Assembly (NCBI RefSeq): GCF_006345805.1
Contig: NC_042998.1
Span: forward strand, 139,190,001 to 139,254,000
Source of the DNA: Octopus sinensis
Lineage: Eukaryota
Direction of reading: 5' to 3'
DNA: 64,000 nt
This document shows positions 13,986 through 28,073 of the stretch, one piece after another. The notes below the pieces were generated by a model. That model did not search any database, was not told the DNA's origin, and was given only the letters and a program-made list of their open reading frames with translations. The translations under genes and the position numbers were made by a program. The first letter of the stretch is position 1; every line of letters begins with the position of its first letter.

Positions 13986-14054
13986 ACTCAGTTTATTTCT
14001 CAACCCGAAGTTCACCCACAGTATGTAACAGGTCACACTCAACCCATTTCACTT

Positions 14055-14277
14055 TAACCCTTAATGTGCAGGAACTGAGTACTTGGTTCCAGACACAGGA
14101 ACGGAGTTAATTCACTTTTAATAGTTGAGTACTTTCTGGAATCCTCCACAGTTCATATGATGTAGTACTCGCATTTTATTTTTACTGGCCAATGGAAAGA
14201 GGCTGCAAGAACTTGAATTGCATATGATTAGCATGTTACATCTCCAGCAAAAATTTAATCAGTGCAGTGAGGGTTAA
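14055..14277. mobile_element. Possible TTAA MITE of a different family
   Basis: ttaaccct...agggttaa ends only. Confidence 0.4.
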
Positions 14278-17200
14278 TCACAGCAGATCCTCTTCCATCA
14301 CTGCTGCCCAGGTTTACCTGCAACATTTCAGGTACATGAAACCCAGTTTAGGGAATGGCATAACTTTAGAGTACAAATGATTTTTATAATTCTTGGATGA
14401 GTAAAAAATAAAAGTGATTTTGACACGATTTGAACTCAGAAATCAGAAATATCAAACTAAATTTTAATGCTAGTCTAACTACCTCACCTTCCACAAACAA
14501 CAACATTTATTTCATTTATTGATATCTCTGTGTATTTTGCCCAACATCTCACCAGCTTTACTCAATGGTTCATTGGGGTGGATAGTAGACATCCATATAA
14601 TTAACTTATTATTGCACTGCATTTTCCCTTCCCAAATTTGGGTTCTTTTCTTCAAATTAAAAAAAAAATGTTTGAAATGGAACTGAAAAAATCATTTAGT
14701 ATTGAAAGATAAAGTATAGAAATTTTAGGTTTCTGTAGCAGTACATGTCATCATATCTAAATAAAAAACCATGATGCAAACAGAGAAATCATCCAATTCA
14801 ACAAACAAAACATTCTGCAAAAAACGAATGAGTGGAAGAATAGAGGGAAGCTTTTAGCAAGGCAGCAAGTAGTACAGAAAATTGGTAAAATGTTGCTGGA
14901 CAAAATACAAATCAATAATGAATTAAATATTAAGCAAAATCACACACTTCAAATAGTAATGATCATTGTCATCATCATTATCATCAATAATATTTTAACC
15001 CTTTAGCATTTAAACCGACCATATCTGGCCCAAATATCCTTTCCATTTTATAACCAGATCCAACCAGTCACATCTACCCTACAATGTCATTCTAAAAATA
15101 AACCATCGCATCATTGAAATCTCAAAGCTATGAGATAATGCATGAGTGACAGAGTAACAAGAATGCTAAAGGGTTAACATCTATTTTTCCATGCTTGCAT
15201 GGCTCAGATGTAGTTTATCAACACAGATTTTCTTTAGCCAGATGCCCTTCTTGCTGCTAACCCTCACCTGTTTACAAGCATGATAATATTTCCTGCTGGC
15301 CAGATGTGAATGCGCAAAATATTAGAAATAAACAATGCTGCTTGTATAACAGTGACACTCATTTACAACTATCAGGTAATGTCAAAACAAGGAGACACAT
15401 CCTCACATACACAAGTATGTATATATATGACAGGCTTCTTTCAATTTGCACCAACCGAATCCACTTGCAAGGCTTTTCTCAATCTGAGGTATTAATAGAA
15501 TATAGTCAAAGGTTCCATGCAGTGGGAGTTAACCCAAAGCTGTACGGTTGAGAAGCAAACTTCGCAACCTCACAACCAGGTTGGCACTTGTTATAAAATT
15601 TGTATATCCTTCATATATATTCATTCCACTGTGAGTTCCTTGTACCCCATGGAAGAGAATTAAGAAGTACAGAGAAAGACAGAGACAGAGAGAACAATGT
15701 AGCATTAACATTAAATAAGCAATTGGCAATGAAAATATTTTCATTAATATGAATGATAGGTGAAAACCAAGAACAAATACAGAAGCATGAATTGCAAGGC
15801 TCAGCAGAGCAAGTTATTATTATCTGGAAGATAACATAATGTGGGAGAATATAATATAAAAGAAAAGAGTATGCATTGATATATGATGAAACATAATGCT
15901 ATTAAATAGCAATAACCATGCTTCAGATATATTTTGTTGGTTACAAATAATACTAACAAGGCCAAATGTCACATAGTCCAGTATTTATGTTTCTCATTCC
16001 ATCCACTTTTTCTTTTTTTTGGTTTCTTTTCTTGAAGTTGTGTAGTCATAATTTGTGTCTTTGTAAATTAAAATCTTCCTGATTGTATGTAAAACAAGTT
16101 GTGTAAATGTAAATAAATCTAATGCATTTTCTTCTGTCCTTTCAGAAATGTGTTTATAAATATCTCAAAATTTGGCATCCAACCTTCCAGTTTTCCCAAT
16201 CTTGTCTATATTTTTAGCCTTAAATTTCACTTATTTTCAATATTTACCACTTTTAAGTGATGCTGAAGCATTTTGATACCAAAACACCCAAAACCAACTC
16301 TGATTCTATTGATGTAAATTTCTTCTTTAAACTGATTTAAATTAAAATCTGCCAGAATTTCATGTTATGTTCCAAACATCAGATTAATAATGACACAGTT
16401 TCAAACTTGAAACAAAGACAGTATATTTCAACCATTTGGAAACTACTAATCTAATGTTTGAAAACATAACATAAAATGTGTGTGTTTGTGTGTAATAATC
16501 ATTATTTTTATGTCCCCCTTTCCATGCTCACATAGATCACACAATTTGTTGGAGTAGATTTTCTATAGCAGGATGTTTCTCCTGTTGCCATCCCTCAGTT
16601 TCCTATCACCAACCAACCTTCAATGGTCTCCAAGTGAAGTAACATTTCCCCAAAGCCAAACATATTTTGCACAGAAGATTGGAAATGATTGACACAACTT
16701 GTATGACAGTGATGCTCATTTTACAACCATCCCACAATATCAAGACAAGGAGACATTAATACAAACAAACACACACACACACGTCTCTTTCAGTATCCAT
16801 CAACCAAATCTGCTCACAAATCATTGGTCAGCGGGGGTCAATCTACAACATTATACCATTGCAAAATATCAGTGTCAACTGAAATATACAAACCAATCTA
16901 TGGCTTACAAGCAATCTGTTAAAAATGAATATAACAAATCCATTGCTCTTTTCGTTGTGTAGGGACATCTTTCATCCATCATACTTACCTTTGAACTATC
17001 ATTGAAGCTTTCCCCACCACCATCAAAGATAAAACACGCATATATATAATGGGAGGTTGAACTTATATTATATTGGTGAGAATGACTCAAATGAAATTAT
17101 CTAGATTCTTTACTATTTACTCACAACAAAAATAAAGTTAATTGCTTCTAGTGAGTCTGATGCTGAACTAACTGGGTATGACAAGCAGCTATAATATTTA

Positions 17201-18500
17201 TACTAGACAAACAACTACAATATTTTACATTAGTGGACTCAAAGTCTAATACCTTCCTCAATCTACATCTATGACTATCATGCAAGCTACACTATTCATT
17301 GTGGCCATAAAAACTATTATTAAGATGGCATTATTTTAAATATATTACAATAGTGTCATAGAATATATTTCTACTTTGAACAGAATTCCATTTTGTCAAA
17401 GATGTATTTTGCTACATCTGTTTATGTTTGTATGAAGCTGAAATATCATCTACTTAATTCCATAGTTTTCATAACCTACTATTTAGTAAATCAAAATAAA
17501 TTGCAGTTCCAATTAACAGTCAATAACTTAACACTTTTTTCTTTAGACTATAATCAGTAGACACCTACTGCCACCTTGGAAGAGGTGAGGGTGCTGCTGT
17601 CAGTCAAGCCTGCCAGTATTATCTATACACATATGAGCAGGCCTGGATAAGATTCTTTTTGAGGATGACTAGCAGTTGCTCAAGCATGCAAGTCTCACCA
17701 TGCCACCAATGTTTAACCAATGGAAAGCCCCTACCCCACCTGTCTATGTAAAATACACATACTATGAACAATAGTACTTTTCATGTAATTCATATTAAAT
17801 GTCAAATTAGACACCTGGATTCTCATTCCCAGATTGGCGATCGTTCTTTTAAGGACTATGTATGACAAACATAAGTGAAGAACTTGCTACCATTAAATAG
17901 AATTGTTTACTCAAATACAAAATCCTGATTTTATAGCACCTATACCATAGATTCACTTTTCATGAAATAATTTCATTCTGTGGACTGTTTCCATGCTTAG
18001 GAAATTGTATTTTTTTCTGGATGTAAATAAGTCAGATACACTACATCATTACCATTTAATGTCTAGCTTTCATGCTGACATGGACTGGACTGATTTATTA
18101 TCATTATCATCATTTTATAATGTTCACTTCTCTATGCTTCCATGGGTCAGTCAGAACTCATTGTGACAGATTTTCTATGGGTAGATGCCTTCCTTTTGCC
18201 ACTCATCTGTTTCTAAGCAAGGTAATATTACCACTTAGCCATACATATTTTCACAGAAAATTGGAAATGAATGACACTGCTTGCATGATGGCAAAATTTA
18301 TTTACGAGCTGCATAATATCAAGGAAAACACACTAACATATGCACATACAGATACAAACATACACACACAATGATCTTCTTTCAGCTTCCATCTACCAAA
18401 CTCATTCATACAGCTTTTGTCAGCCTGAAGCTATAGATACGTACCCAAGGCACCACACAGTAGTACTGAACCCAAAACCACTATTCCTATTATTACTTAT

Positions 18501-18616
18501 TTAACCTTTAGCACACTGTATGTGCATCACATCACTATATGAGTTTTCTCCCTTGTAGTAACAGGTCAGTGGCAGAGGAAACAATTCTAGAGAAAATGCA
18601 GTGTGCTAAAGGTTAA
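18501..18616. mobile_element. 108-bp MITE with perfect 14-bp TIRs and TTAA TSD
   Basis: TTAA-cctttagcacactg ... cagtgtgctaaagg-TTAA. Confidence 0.8.
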
Positions 18617-18993
18617 ACACAACTACTTTTGTTAATATTTGTGTTCTAGTTTGTTGGGGTTTTTTCATAAAGAAACATCAGCAATATCACAAGAGCTTAT
18701 TAAAACAACTGTTGTCATCAAGATTAAAAGGGAAGGTCAAAAAAGGAATATATTTTGAAGCATATCTGTAATGTAGAAGACAGCTAATTTTGTCTAAATG
18801 CACCAACAAGATAATCAGGAGAGAAGAACAAGGATGAAATGTATTTCAGGGTAGAAAATATTTCAGCAAAGCTAACAATATTTTGGCCCCAAAATAGGGT
18901 GCTGCATGCTTTGGTAAAAAGGAGATTGCTGTGGTTTTCTTCAAGGTAAAAAAAAAAATAGCTGAGAGAAAACAGTATTAGTAGAGACATCAC

Positions 18994-19059
18994 CTGTGCC
19001 AGAACCCTGGACGTTGAGTACTTGGTGATAGGGGAGCCTCATCATTACCAGTAGTCCAG
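18994..19059 (-). CDS. FAM13A: FAM13-family coding exon, 66 nt: WTTGNDEAPLSPSTQRPGFWH(S)
   Basis: Acceptor tttgttttggtgtgcag, donor AG|gtgatg, phase 2 to 2. DEAPLSP resembles FAM13A DEAHLSP. Confidence 0.88.
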
Positions 19060-19972
19060 CTGCACACCAAAACAAAGGATAAGAACAAAACAAGAAGAAA
19101 AAAAAACAATACAGACACAATCACAAATTCAAATTTTTTTTAAAATCAGCCAAAAATGAACAAAAAAAAACTAGTGTTAATAGAAACAATCTGAGGTTTT
19201 AACAACAACAAAAATTGATAATTTTTTTCAGTTGTATGTTTGCATCCACAGTTTGTTTAATAATAATAAAGAAACACAAAGCTTCCTAATAGATACAGAA
19301 GCAAAACGAACGCTACTATAATTTCAAATAATTTAATTTGAAACATCATCTTATTTAGGTTAAAAATTTGAATTCCAGGCAACACAGTTTAGTTATTAAA
19401 TTTTTTAGGTTAAAATCATAATTACAGACAACAGATCAAGTAATGAATTTTCAAGCTGGAATTATTCCAAGCAACTTGGTAATTAGAAAATTTACGTTAA
19501 AGTAATAATTATCACATATAGAAGCAGCTTATCATAAAATTTACATTTAAATTCATTCCAAAACCACAAAACCACAACTCTGCTAATAATAAACTTACAG
19601 ATTGAAATTATTTTTTCCAAACAAAAAATTCAGTTATTAGAATATTAAGATTAAAATTAATGATTTTTTTTTTTCAAAGAACAATGAAGTATAATCCTTT
19701 TAGAAATTTGCACAAAAATGAAAACAAGAAAATTTGCCATGAGCCATTAACAAAATATCACAATTAACAAGGTGAAAGATAATTGCTAAAGCTTGATTAT
19801 TTTACAAATCAATGTTTGAAGAAAGAAATGTTTAGTAATAATTAATTTTTGTATTCAAAATTTATGTATATGATTATAACAATAATGCCTAACTGTTTCC
19901 ACATATACACACACAAATCTTTTTTGGCTAAATACAGGTTTGATTACAGTTAAATGAGGGTGTTATACAATT

Positions 19973-20430
19973 GGATAATTTCCACAGTACATTACTGGTA
20001 CTTATTTTATCAATTTGAATGACGGAAGGGAAAAAATATAAACCTTAAATTCTAACTTGGAATATTGAATCATCAAAGCTAAAATGCTAAACGTTATTAA
20101 TCCAACCGCCAACAAATCTAAATGCCATTACAGGTAAATGCTACATGTTTGGCCCAGCTGCCATAGAAAATAAGTGATACATGGTTGACCCGGATAATTT
20201 CCACAGTACATTACTGGTACTTATTTTATCAATTTGAATGACAGAAGGGAAAAAATATAAACCTTAAATTTTAACTTGGAATATTGAATCATCAAAGCTA
20301 AAATGCTAAAAGTTATTAATCCAACTGCCATCAAATCTAAATGCTACTTGTTTAGTCTAGCTGCCATTACAGGTAAATGCTACATGTTTGGTCCAGCTGC
20401 CATAGAAAATAAGTGATACATGGTTGACCC
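19973..20430. repeat. Recent tandem duplication (219-bp and 239-bp units)
   Basis: ggataatttccacagtacattactgg... starts at both 19973 and 20192, and the units are near-identical. Confidence 0.92.
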
Positions 20431-20575
20431 AACTGACATGAAAGGTAAATGCTACTTGTTTGATCCAGTTGCCACTGGAACTAAATGCTATGTCCAATTG
20501 TCATTGAAACCAAATGCTATATGTTTGACCCAGCTGCCATCAAAACTAAATACTACACGGTCAACCCAGCAGTTA
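20300..20575 (+). repeat. Diverged 36-bp minisatellite
   Basis: Unit approximately taaatgctacatgtttgRYccagctgccatNNaaaN, about 7 copies. Confidence 0.8.
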
Positions 20576-23500
20576 ATATTCTGTGCCATCTCCACTGTTC
20601 TTACGTTTCCAGAATAACAAGATTAAACATTTTTATACAATATGGTTTAAATAACAAAAATAAGTCAATTCATTTGAATTAGATTTTATATTTATCTAAA
20701 AAAAAATTGTGTATTGAATGTTTCTAAACAATTAATCTTATCTGAGAGTTCAAACTAAGTTCAGAAAAAGAAGTTTCATCTTCTGAAGCCAAACAATAAT
20801 AGGCTTATGCTTATAAAAGGAGGGAACACAATCTAATATTTTAATAGCACTAATAATATTTTCGATGCCAAACTGCCTCTAGTTCAATGATATAAACTGC
20901 CCCAGGTTCAACAATACAAACTTCAAAATAATCTAAACTTAAAATTTCCGAGCAAAATCTTATGTTAATTTTTCAAACACCAGGTTAATAAAGACAATGT
21001 TGTTTTGGTAAATTTTTTATTATTTTTTTTAATGATCATATTTACTCACATATAAGTCACACTATTTTATATTTGCTTTTAACCGAAAAAAACTGCTAAA
21101 ACTATAAAGGGAAAAAATTTTGAACCAAGATTTAACACTATATTAGGAATATAACATACACAAGTGCAGCTTATACATGAGTAAACACAATAATTGAATG
21201 AGTGTCTCAACAGAAATATGGTAACAAAGGAGTTAAAGGATTTTGTTATGTTGAACTCATTGTTAAAATGTTAAAATTGCTTTGAATGAATTCCATGTAA
21301 GCTAAGCTACCTTTATATGGTTAGGAGTTAATACCTACAATGTGAACTTAATGCCTTTGACACCTTCTGTGATAGTATGAGTGATCTATAGACAATAACA
21401 AAGAAAGGCAAATGATGACATGAAATGTTCTCTCATACATATGATGTCTACTGTATAGGAGAAAGAAAAAAAAAACATTATACCATTTGGTATTAACAAT
21501 GAAAAATAAAGATGGGTGAAGATTAGAGAAGATAAAGATGATAATAACCAGCTGGAGATGCAATGCAAATTTAAATGGTAAATTCAATACCAGCACCCTA
21601 AAAAAGAAGGTAGCTAGCCATTAAAGATGGTGCAAGAAGCTTTTTTACCTTTTCTTTTTTTTGTAAATAAAATACATCAGTAAGCAGTTATAAAAGAATA
21701 AAAGTTCAACAGTAGGTGGAGAAGGACCACAATCATCTATTAAATAAATACTCCTGGCCCCATGTCACTTCACACAAAAATGGTATGATGACAGATTTTA
21801 AAAAAATAAAGATAATTATAATATGATGATGATAGCAGTAAAAGCAAGGTGATAGTGATAACCATCATAAGGATTTATAGCAACAATAGCAACAACGTCG
21901 ACAACAATGACATCTATGAAGAAGATAGGCATGATGCTACTGATAGTGGTGGATTTATTTTTCTTTTTAATAGCATTTTCAAGTGAAAATTAGATAATTA
22001 AATAACCTAAGTTTCATTCAAAAGTTTTTTCTTTTCTGCTTTTTTGTCACAAATAAAAATTTCAATTAGAACAAAAGAAGAAAATAATACAAAATTCATG
22101 TTTTAAAAATTCCAACTTACACCTCATTACTTTTTAATAAAATGCTTGAGCCTCAAGTGTGCAAGAGTGTGTGTGCGTGCACACGCATACATTCATGACA
22201 ATGTTGAATAAACAGAAGTACAGCTTCACTTAATAATACATTGAAATGCAAAATGTGTCCTCATCTAAGAGTTATCAATTTGAAGAATGCTGATAATTAA
22301 CTATTACTTCTACTACACTAGGAAGAGAATTTAGCAATAAAACTCCAATAAAACGCAAATGTCCAAATTTTCACTAAGAAAAAAATGAAACAAAATCTTG
22401 CTTGCGCTTCCATTAAAAAAAAAAAAGAAGAAAGAATTAAAAATCAATACAAGACAGAAACAAACAGATGTCTACTGAAAGCTTCAGTGACTGAGAGAAA
22501 GTCTTTGATATTAGATTTATTATTAATAATAATGTGTTGGCAAACTGTCATCACTAACTAGACAAGTCAACTGTGACTGAGCAGACTTATAATCAAAAGT
22601 CTCCCAACCAAGACCACCCTGTCTTTTAAAGTGTATCGAGGAAAATGACAACAATAATATCTATGGTGATAGTGATATGAGATTGTTCATTCTTAAAGAC
22701 AGCAGGGTGAGATTTGGGAAAGATTTGGCTGCTATATTTGGCAGCTTGAGCACTCATATAGAAGCCTTCTTATGCTGGCTGCAGTGGAGCTAGGGATTCT
22801 AATCTTTTGGGTAGGGTGCACAGCTAGTCTTTGAAGTAAAACACAAAATGTTTTCTGATACAGCCATAAATAAATAGGTCTGAAGATGTAAGAGGAAGAT
22901 AAACACAAATGTAAGTGAAAGAGGAGAGGAGAAGGTGGAGAGAGGCAGGCTCAGCTTCCTATGAAGAGTTTTACAGAAAACTATGGAACAATCTTATATA
23001 GTAGAGAGAAAGACATTTAAAAGGTTAAGTGCTGGAAAGTGTAAATAATGTGTGAACAACATATGTGTGTGTATATGCATGAGAGAGTGCATTTGTGTGT
23101 ATGAGAGTACATTTGTGTGTGAGAGCATTTGTACATGCATGCATGTGCATATGAGTGCATGTATGAGAATGCATATGTGCATGTGCATGTGTGAGAGTGC
23201 AGATGTTCATATATGTCTGCTTTTCCATTCATTTTTACATCTTGTTTTCTATGTTAGCATGGGTCAGATGGGTACATATTACTGAGGTATTGCTTTTACA
23301 GCCAGATATCCTCCCTGTAGCTAACCCTTACTCATTTTGCAAATAAGGGAATATTCATTCTACTCGTCTTCAAAAATGCAGAACTAGCAGACAGTTTTGT
23401 TGACAGGGGAATGCATTATTCACTATTCACCATCTCTAGCTCAATGCTTTGTTATGTGAAACATTATTATCATCAACATTGTTTTAATATCCATTTTCCG

Positions 23501-25277
23501 TGCTTCCATGAGTCGGACAGAATTTTATGTGGCAATTTTCTATAGCTGGACGTCATTCCTGTCACCAGCACTCATCTGTTTCCAAGCAAAGTAATATTTC
23601 TCCATTGTCAGACAAGTTTTTACATGAAAGGCTGGAAATTCACAACACCACTTGCATGATAGTGATGCTTGTTTACAACCAGCAATGTCAAAACACATAC
23701 ACATAACAGGCTTCTAGTTCCAATCCATTCACAAGGCTATGGCTTAGAAGACTCTGGTCCAAGGTGAAATGCAATAGGACTGAACTTGAAACCATGTGGA
23801 TGAGAAGGAAACTCTTTAACCACACAACCAAGTCTGTGCATGTGTTAAATAACAAATAGTGAAGACAAAGAACTTCTAACAGTGCAAAATGGGGAAAGTT
23901 AAATAACATTTATATATTTCAGGCATAAAGGCACATCACCAGAAGTAAACAGAATAAAGAAATTTAAGTGGATTCAGTCATGATGATGATGGTGGTGATG
24001 GTGTGTGTGTAAAGTAGGAAAGCTTACTTCCAATAACTTACTGATTTTATATAACAGCAAAAAATAACGAAACAAAACTACAAATTTATGACAAAATTTT
24101 GGTTGTCAAGATAAGTATTGAATCCCACATTGATGAGAGCTCATGAAGCTACTATTTTATATATACCAAACATTTCTTTACAAAGTAGTAAATCCAAGTT
24201 CAACTAAACACAGCACACTAAAATATAATGAAATGACAATTATCTTAATGATTGTGTCATTAGTAGCTGCAGAGTGAGTGCTCAATAGGATATTTGCAAT
24301 ATAAACAATATAGATCTGATCAACTGTGCCTTGACAGGAACTATTTAAACAAAGAAAGTGTCAATTGAAGAATGAACTATAAAAGCATCAGACACATTTG
24401 CTTTTGTTATACCACAGAAATTTTAATATATCTCAAGAGGATGTAAACAGTGATTACTCAAAATTAGTTAACTATTTCTCTATATAAATACATCTCTAAT
24501 TAGTAAAGCAATTGATGGATTTAAAATTTAGCTTAGTAACATTCAGGTTTATGGTGAATAATGGTGATAATTAATAAAAGTTAGTTTATGGTGATAATTA
24601 GTAAAAGTTAGTTTAACTGAAATTCAGGTTTTAATTAAGTTTAGGTTTATGTTGATTTAAAATTTAATTAAATTCAGCTCTTAGTTGATAGTTAGCAAAA
24701 TAAGACATTTATAATTTAGTTAGGTAAAGTTCAAGTTAAGTTGATAAATTAGTAAAATTATTGATGCATTTAATATTCAAATTAAAAATTGATAAATTTT
24801 TTTTAGCTTAATCAATACATTCTGCAATTAAAATTTATAACATAAACATCTCGTTATTAATTTGATAAGTCAGTGCTAAAATATTTTACGTTTAAAGTGT
24901 TTCACTATTTAATATTAACATTTTACTGTATGCAAGCCTTATCAATTTAGATCACCGTTAGATAAAATAACAACCTGAAATATCCTGATGTATGCAAGGT
25001 CATTTGGAAAATGGATTATTTGGTTAGGAAAAGGAAAAATGGAGTGGGGAAGAAATCATCATCACCATCATTACTTGAGTCCTAGGAATCATAAGGCTGG
25101 CTTCCCCAGTTTCAATGGTGCATAAGTGACAACATTCACCCTGATTAGGATGTCAGTCCATAACAGGGTTATTCATTTATAGCTGAGTTTCACTTGTTAT
25201 GGTCATCTCTACAGATTTTCTATAGAATTTTGTTATGACATTTTGTATGTAAGGCGCCTGATGTAAACAACAAGGAG

Positions 25278-25376
25278 ATACTACAAAGTACATCAAACGT
25301 TTTTATAAGTCAGTACTATGTTCTATGTTACAACCAAGTATTGACTTATAAAAACATTCAATATACTTTGTAGTAT
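25278..25376. repeat. 40-bp-arm inverted repeat (hairpin), 19-nt loop
   Basis: Arms 25278-25317 and 25337-25376, with 5 transition mismatches. Confidence 0.9.
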
Positions 25377-26391
25377 ATTATGGTTGTATAATGAAATACT
25401 GTGTCCCTACAGGTCATTAATTATAGCTCAGTGGACTGGTGCAATGTGAAATTAAATGTTTTGCTCAAGAACAGCTCGGTCCAAGAATCAAAACCACAAT
25501 ATTGTGACTGTGAGTGCAAGACCCTAACTACGAGGCTACACATCTTCAGTAGGAAGGAATGGAATAAAGGGAAAAGGGTGTGACAAAAAATACATATATG
25601 ATATACATCTTACTTGTTCTTTCTTTTTTTAATAACCAGATTTAATGAACAGAACAATGTAAACCCTATAACAATTAATTACTGAAGGTAATAAGAACTT
25701 AGCTACACAGAAGCCTAATAAGACAAATGAAAGCCACACATTTGTAATAGTGTAGAGTAGTAGGGAAATGATAATGCTAATATGAGAAAGAGGTCAGATG
25801 TAAGCAACTCAACCAATTGTTGTGTAACAGATCTGGCCCATTATATCATTATTTAATATCTGGTCCTCCATGCTGACATGAGTTGGATAATTCCATATGA
25901 TCAAAAGAATTGAGGTACTGCATCGTTACACTACCTGCTTTGGCAAGGCTACTATGGCGGGATGCTCTTCTTAATGCCAACCACTTTACAGAGTGTACCG
26001 GATGCTTTTTTGCATGGCACCAGCACTTGTGAGGATGGCACCAGAACTTGATGGGATCCCTAAAGGAGAGTGTGAGTGAAGATTTAAGGTGATAAACGGT
26101 GAAATATAATGAGAGGGGGTCAACTTATAACAATGAGAAAATAACAAAATAGTTACTCGTGGTAGTGGGGGTGAGGTTACTGAAGAAACAGGGGAAAGGG
26201 AAGGGATTAATGTTGGAGTAGTAAGACTGATGAGGTGGGGGGTTATATTGAAGGAGTCCAGGGTTATCCCACATTACAATGGCAAATACAAGTGTAAGAT
26301 GAAAGATGTGAAGGGAGCTTGAGAGACAGAAAACAGATGAGAGTAGCAAGAATCCAGAGAGAGTCAATGATGATGACAAAAATGAATACAT

Positions 26392-27353
26392 TAATAATAA
26401 TTATTTCTCATTTAGGCACAAGGCCAGCAATTAATTTGATTCCAGTACTTGATTGGTACTTTATTTTATTGATTGTTTATTGATTTTGAAAGTGACAAAA
26501 AGCAAAGTAGATGCCAACAGTATTTGAACTCAATAATAATAATCCTCTCTACTAAAAGCACAAGGCCTGAAATCTGGTGGCGGGGAGGAGACTGTTTCAC
26601 TGGTACATAATTTATCAACCTCGAAAGGATGAAAGGCAAATTCGACTTTGGCAGAATGTAAAGATGGATGAAATGCAGCTAAGTATTTTGCCTGAGATGT
26701 TAACGAGTCTGCCAGCTGACTGCCTTAATAATGATTGCTTCTGATATAGGTTCAAGGCCAAAAGTTTTCAGGGAAAAGGTTTAGTCAATTATATCATCCC
26801 CATTTCTTGACCATGGCAAGATTTGAACTCAGAATATAAATAACTGTAACTAGATACTGTAATGTTCTAACAATTCTGCCAATCCACCACAACAACAATA
26901 ATAATGATAATAATAATAATAACAATTTCAAATTTTGGCACAAGGCCAGCAAGTTTGAGGGAGGGAGCAAGTCAGTTACATCTACTCCAGTGCTCAACTG
27001 GTACTTATTTTAACGTTCCCGAAAGGATGAAAGGCAAAGCTGGCCGTGGCAGAATTTGAACTCAGAACGTAAAACTGGAAGAAATGCTTCTAAGCATAAT
27101 GTCCAGCTTGCTGTCTTATTATTATTATTAGTAGTAGTAGTAGTAGCAGCAGTAACAACAATAATTCTAATTTTTGGCACAAGGCCAGCAATTCTGAGTG
27201 GAGGAGGCAACTTGATTATATTAACCCCAGTGCTCAGCTGGTACTTGTTTTATTGACCCCAAAAGGATGATCTGAAATTAGAACACAGAACCAGAAGAAA
27301 TGGTGCTAAGCATTTTGTCCAGCACAGTAATGATTCTGCCAGTTCACTGCCTA

Positions 27354-27384
<31 letters not shown>

Positions 27385-27800
27385 GTTTCAAATTTTGGCA
27401 CACGACCAGCAAGTTCAGTGGGGGAGGGTAAGTTGATTACATTGACCCCAGTGCACAACTGGTACTTATTTTATCAACCCCAGAAGGATGAAAGGTAAAG
27501 TTGACCTCAGTGGAATTTGAACTTAGAACAAAACGACATGAAATGTCACTAAATATTTTTGTCTGGCATGCTAACAATTCTACCAGTTCACTGTCTTAAT
27601 AATAATAATGGCTTCAAATTTTAGTTCAAGGCCAGCAATATTTAGAAGAGGGGATAAGTTATTACATCAGCCCCCAGTATTTGACCGGTACTTTATTTTA
27701 CTGACCCTGAAAAGATGGAAGGCAACAGAGCAAGAAGAAATACTGCAAGTCATATTTCCAAAGCTCTAATGATTCAGCAAGCTCATCAACTTAATAATTA
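26392..27800 (-). mobile_element. Head-to-tail array of about 7 tRNA-derived SINEs (Nin/Deu-domain-like) separated by (AAT)n
   Basis: Repeated units of about 200 bp containing ggtacttattttatc..cccgaaaggatgaaaggcaaag..gaatttgaactcag, each bounded by AAT runs. Confidence 0.88.
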
Positions 27801-27928
27801 TAATACTGACTCATATCCCATAATGGAATTATAACAGTAAATTAAAAACACTATTTCTACAAAAAAAAAAATTTAAATGAAAAAGAAACAAGCACAGTTG
27901 TTGTGGAAAAAGAGAAACAAAAACTTAC

Positions 27929-28073
27929 ATTGGTTTTTTCTTGAATTTGTTGGCTCTTGGAGACAAGACAACAACAGGATCATCGTCATCATCATCATCA
28001 TCTTCATCACTGCTTAGATGTTTCTTCACACGTTGATAAGATACAGTTTGCACTTTCTTTGAAGGAATCGGAT
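27929..28073 (-). CDS. FAM13A: FAM13-family coding exon, 145 nt: PIPSKKVQTVSYQR...DDDDPVVVLSPRANKFKKKP(I)
   Basis: Acceptor ttttatctcacag, donor gtaagt, phase 1 to 2. DPIP...LSPR resembles the vertebrate FAM13 EPIPAF...LSP motifs. Confidence 0.92.

Noticed and set aside
16984-17010. Consensus donor AAG|gtaagt on the gene strand
   Set aside because: No good acceptor gives a frame-preserving exon (the nearest options are 7 and 19 nt). It may be chance or an unprovable internal first exon.
20300-20575. Regular repeat considered as CRISPR-like
   Set aside because: The units are contiguous and diverged with no unique spacers, and the context is a eukaryotic intron.
22121-22129. 9-nt in-frame microexon candidate TAATGAGGT|gtaagt
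   Set aside because: The acceptor is purine-rich (ttattaaaaag) and the exon is not needed for frame.
22994-23285. Overlapping His/Thr/Cys/Val-rich ORFs (also at 8.4, 9.4, 11.5, 45.9, 48.6 and 50.2 kb)
   Set aside because: These are translations of CA/TG/TA microsatellites.
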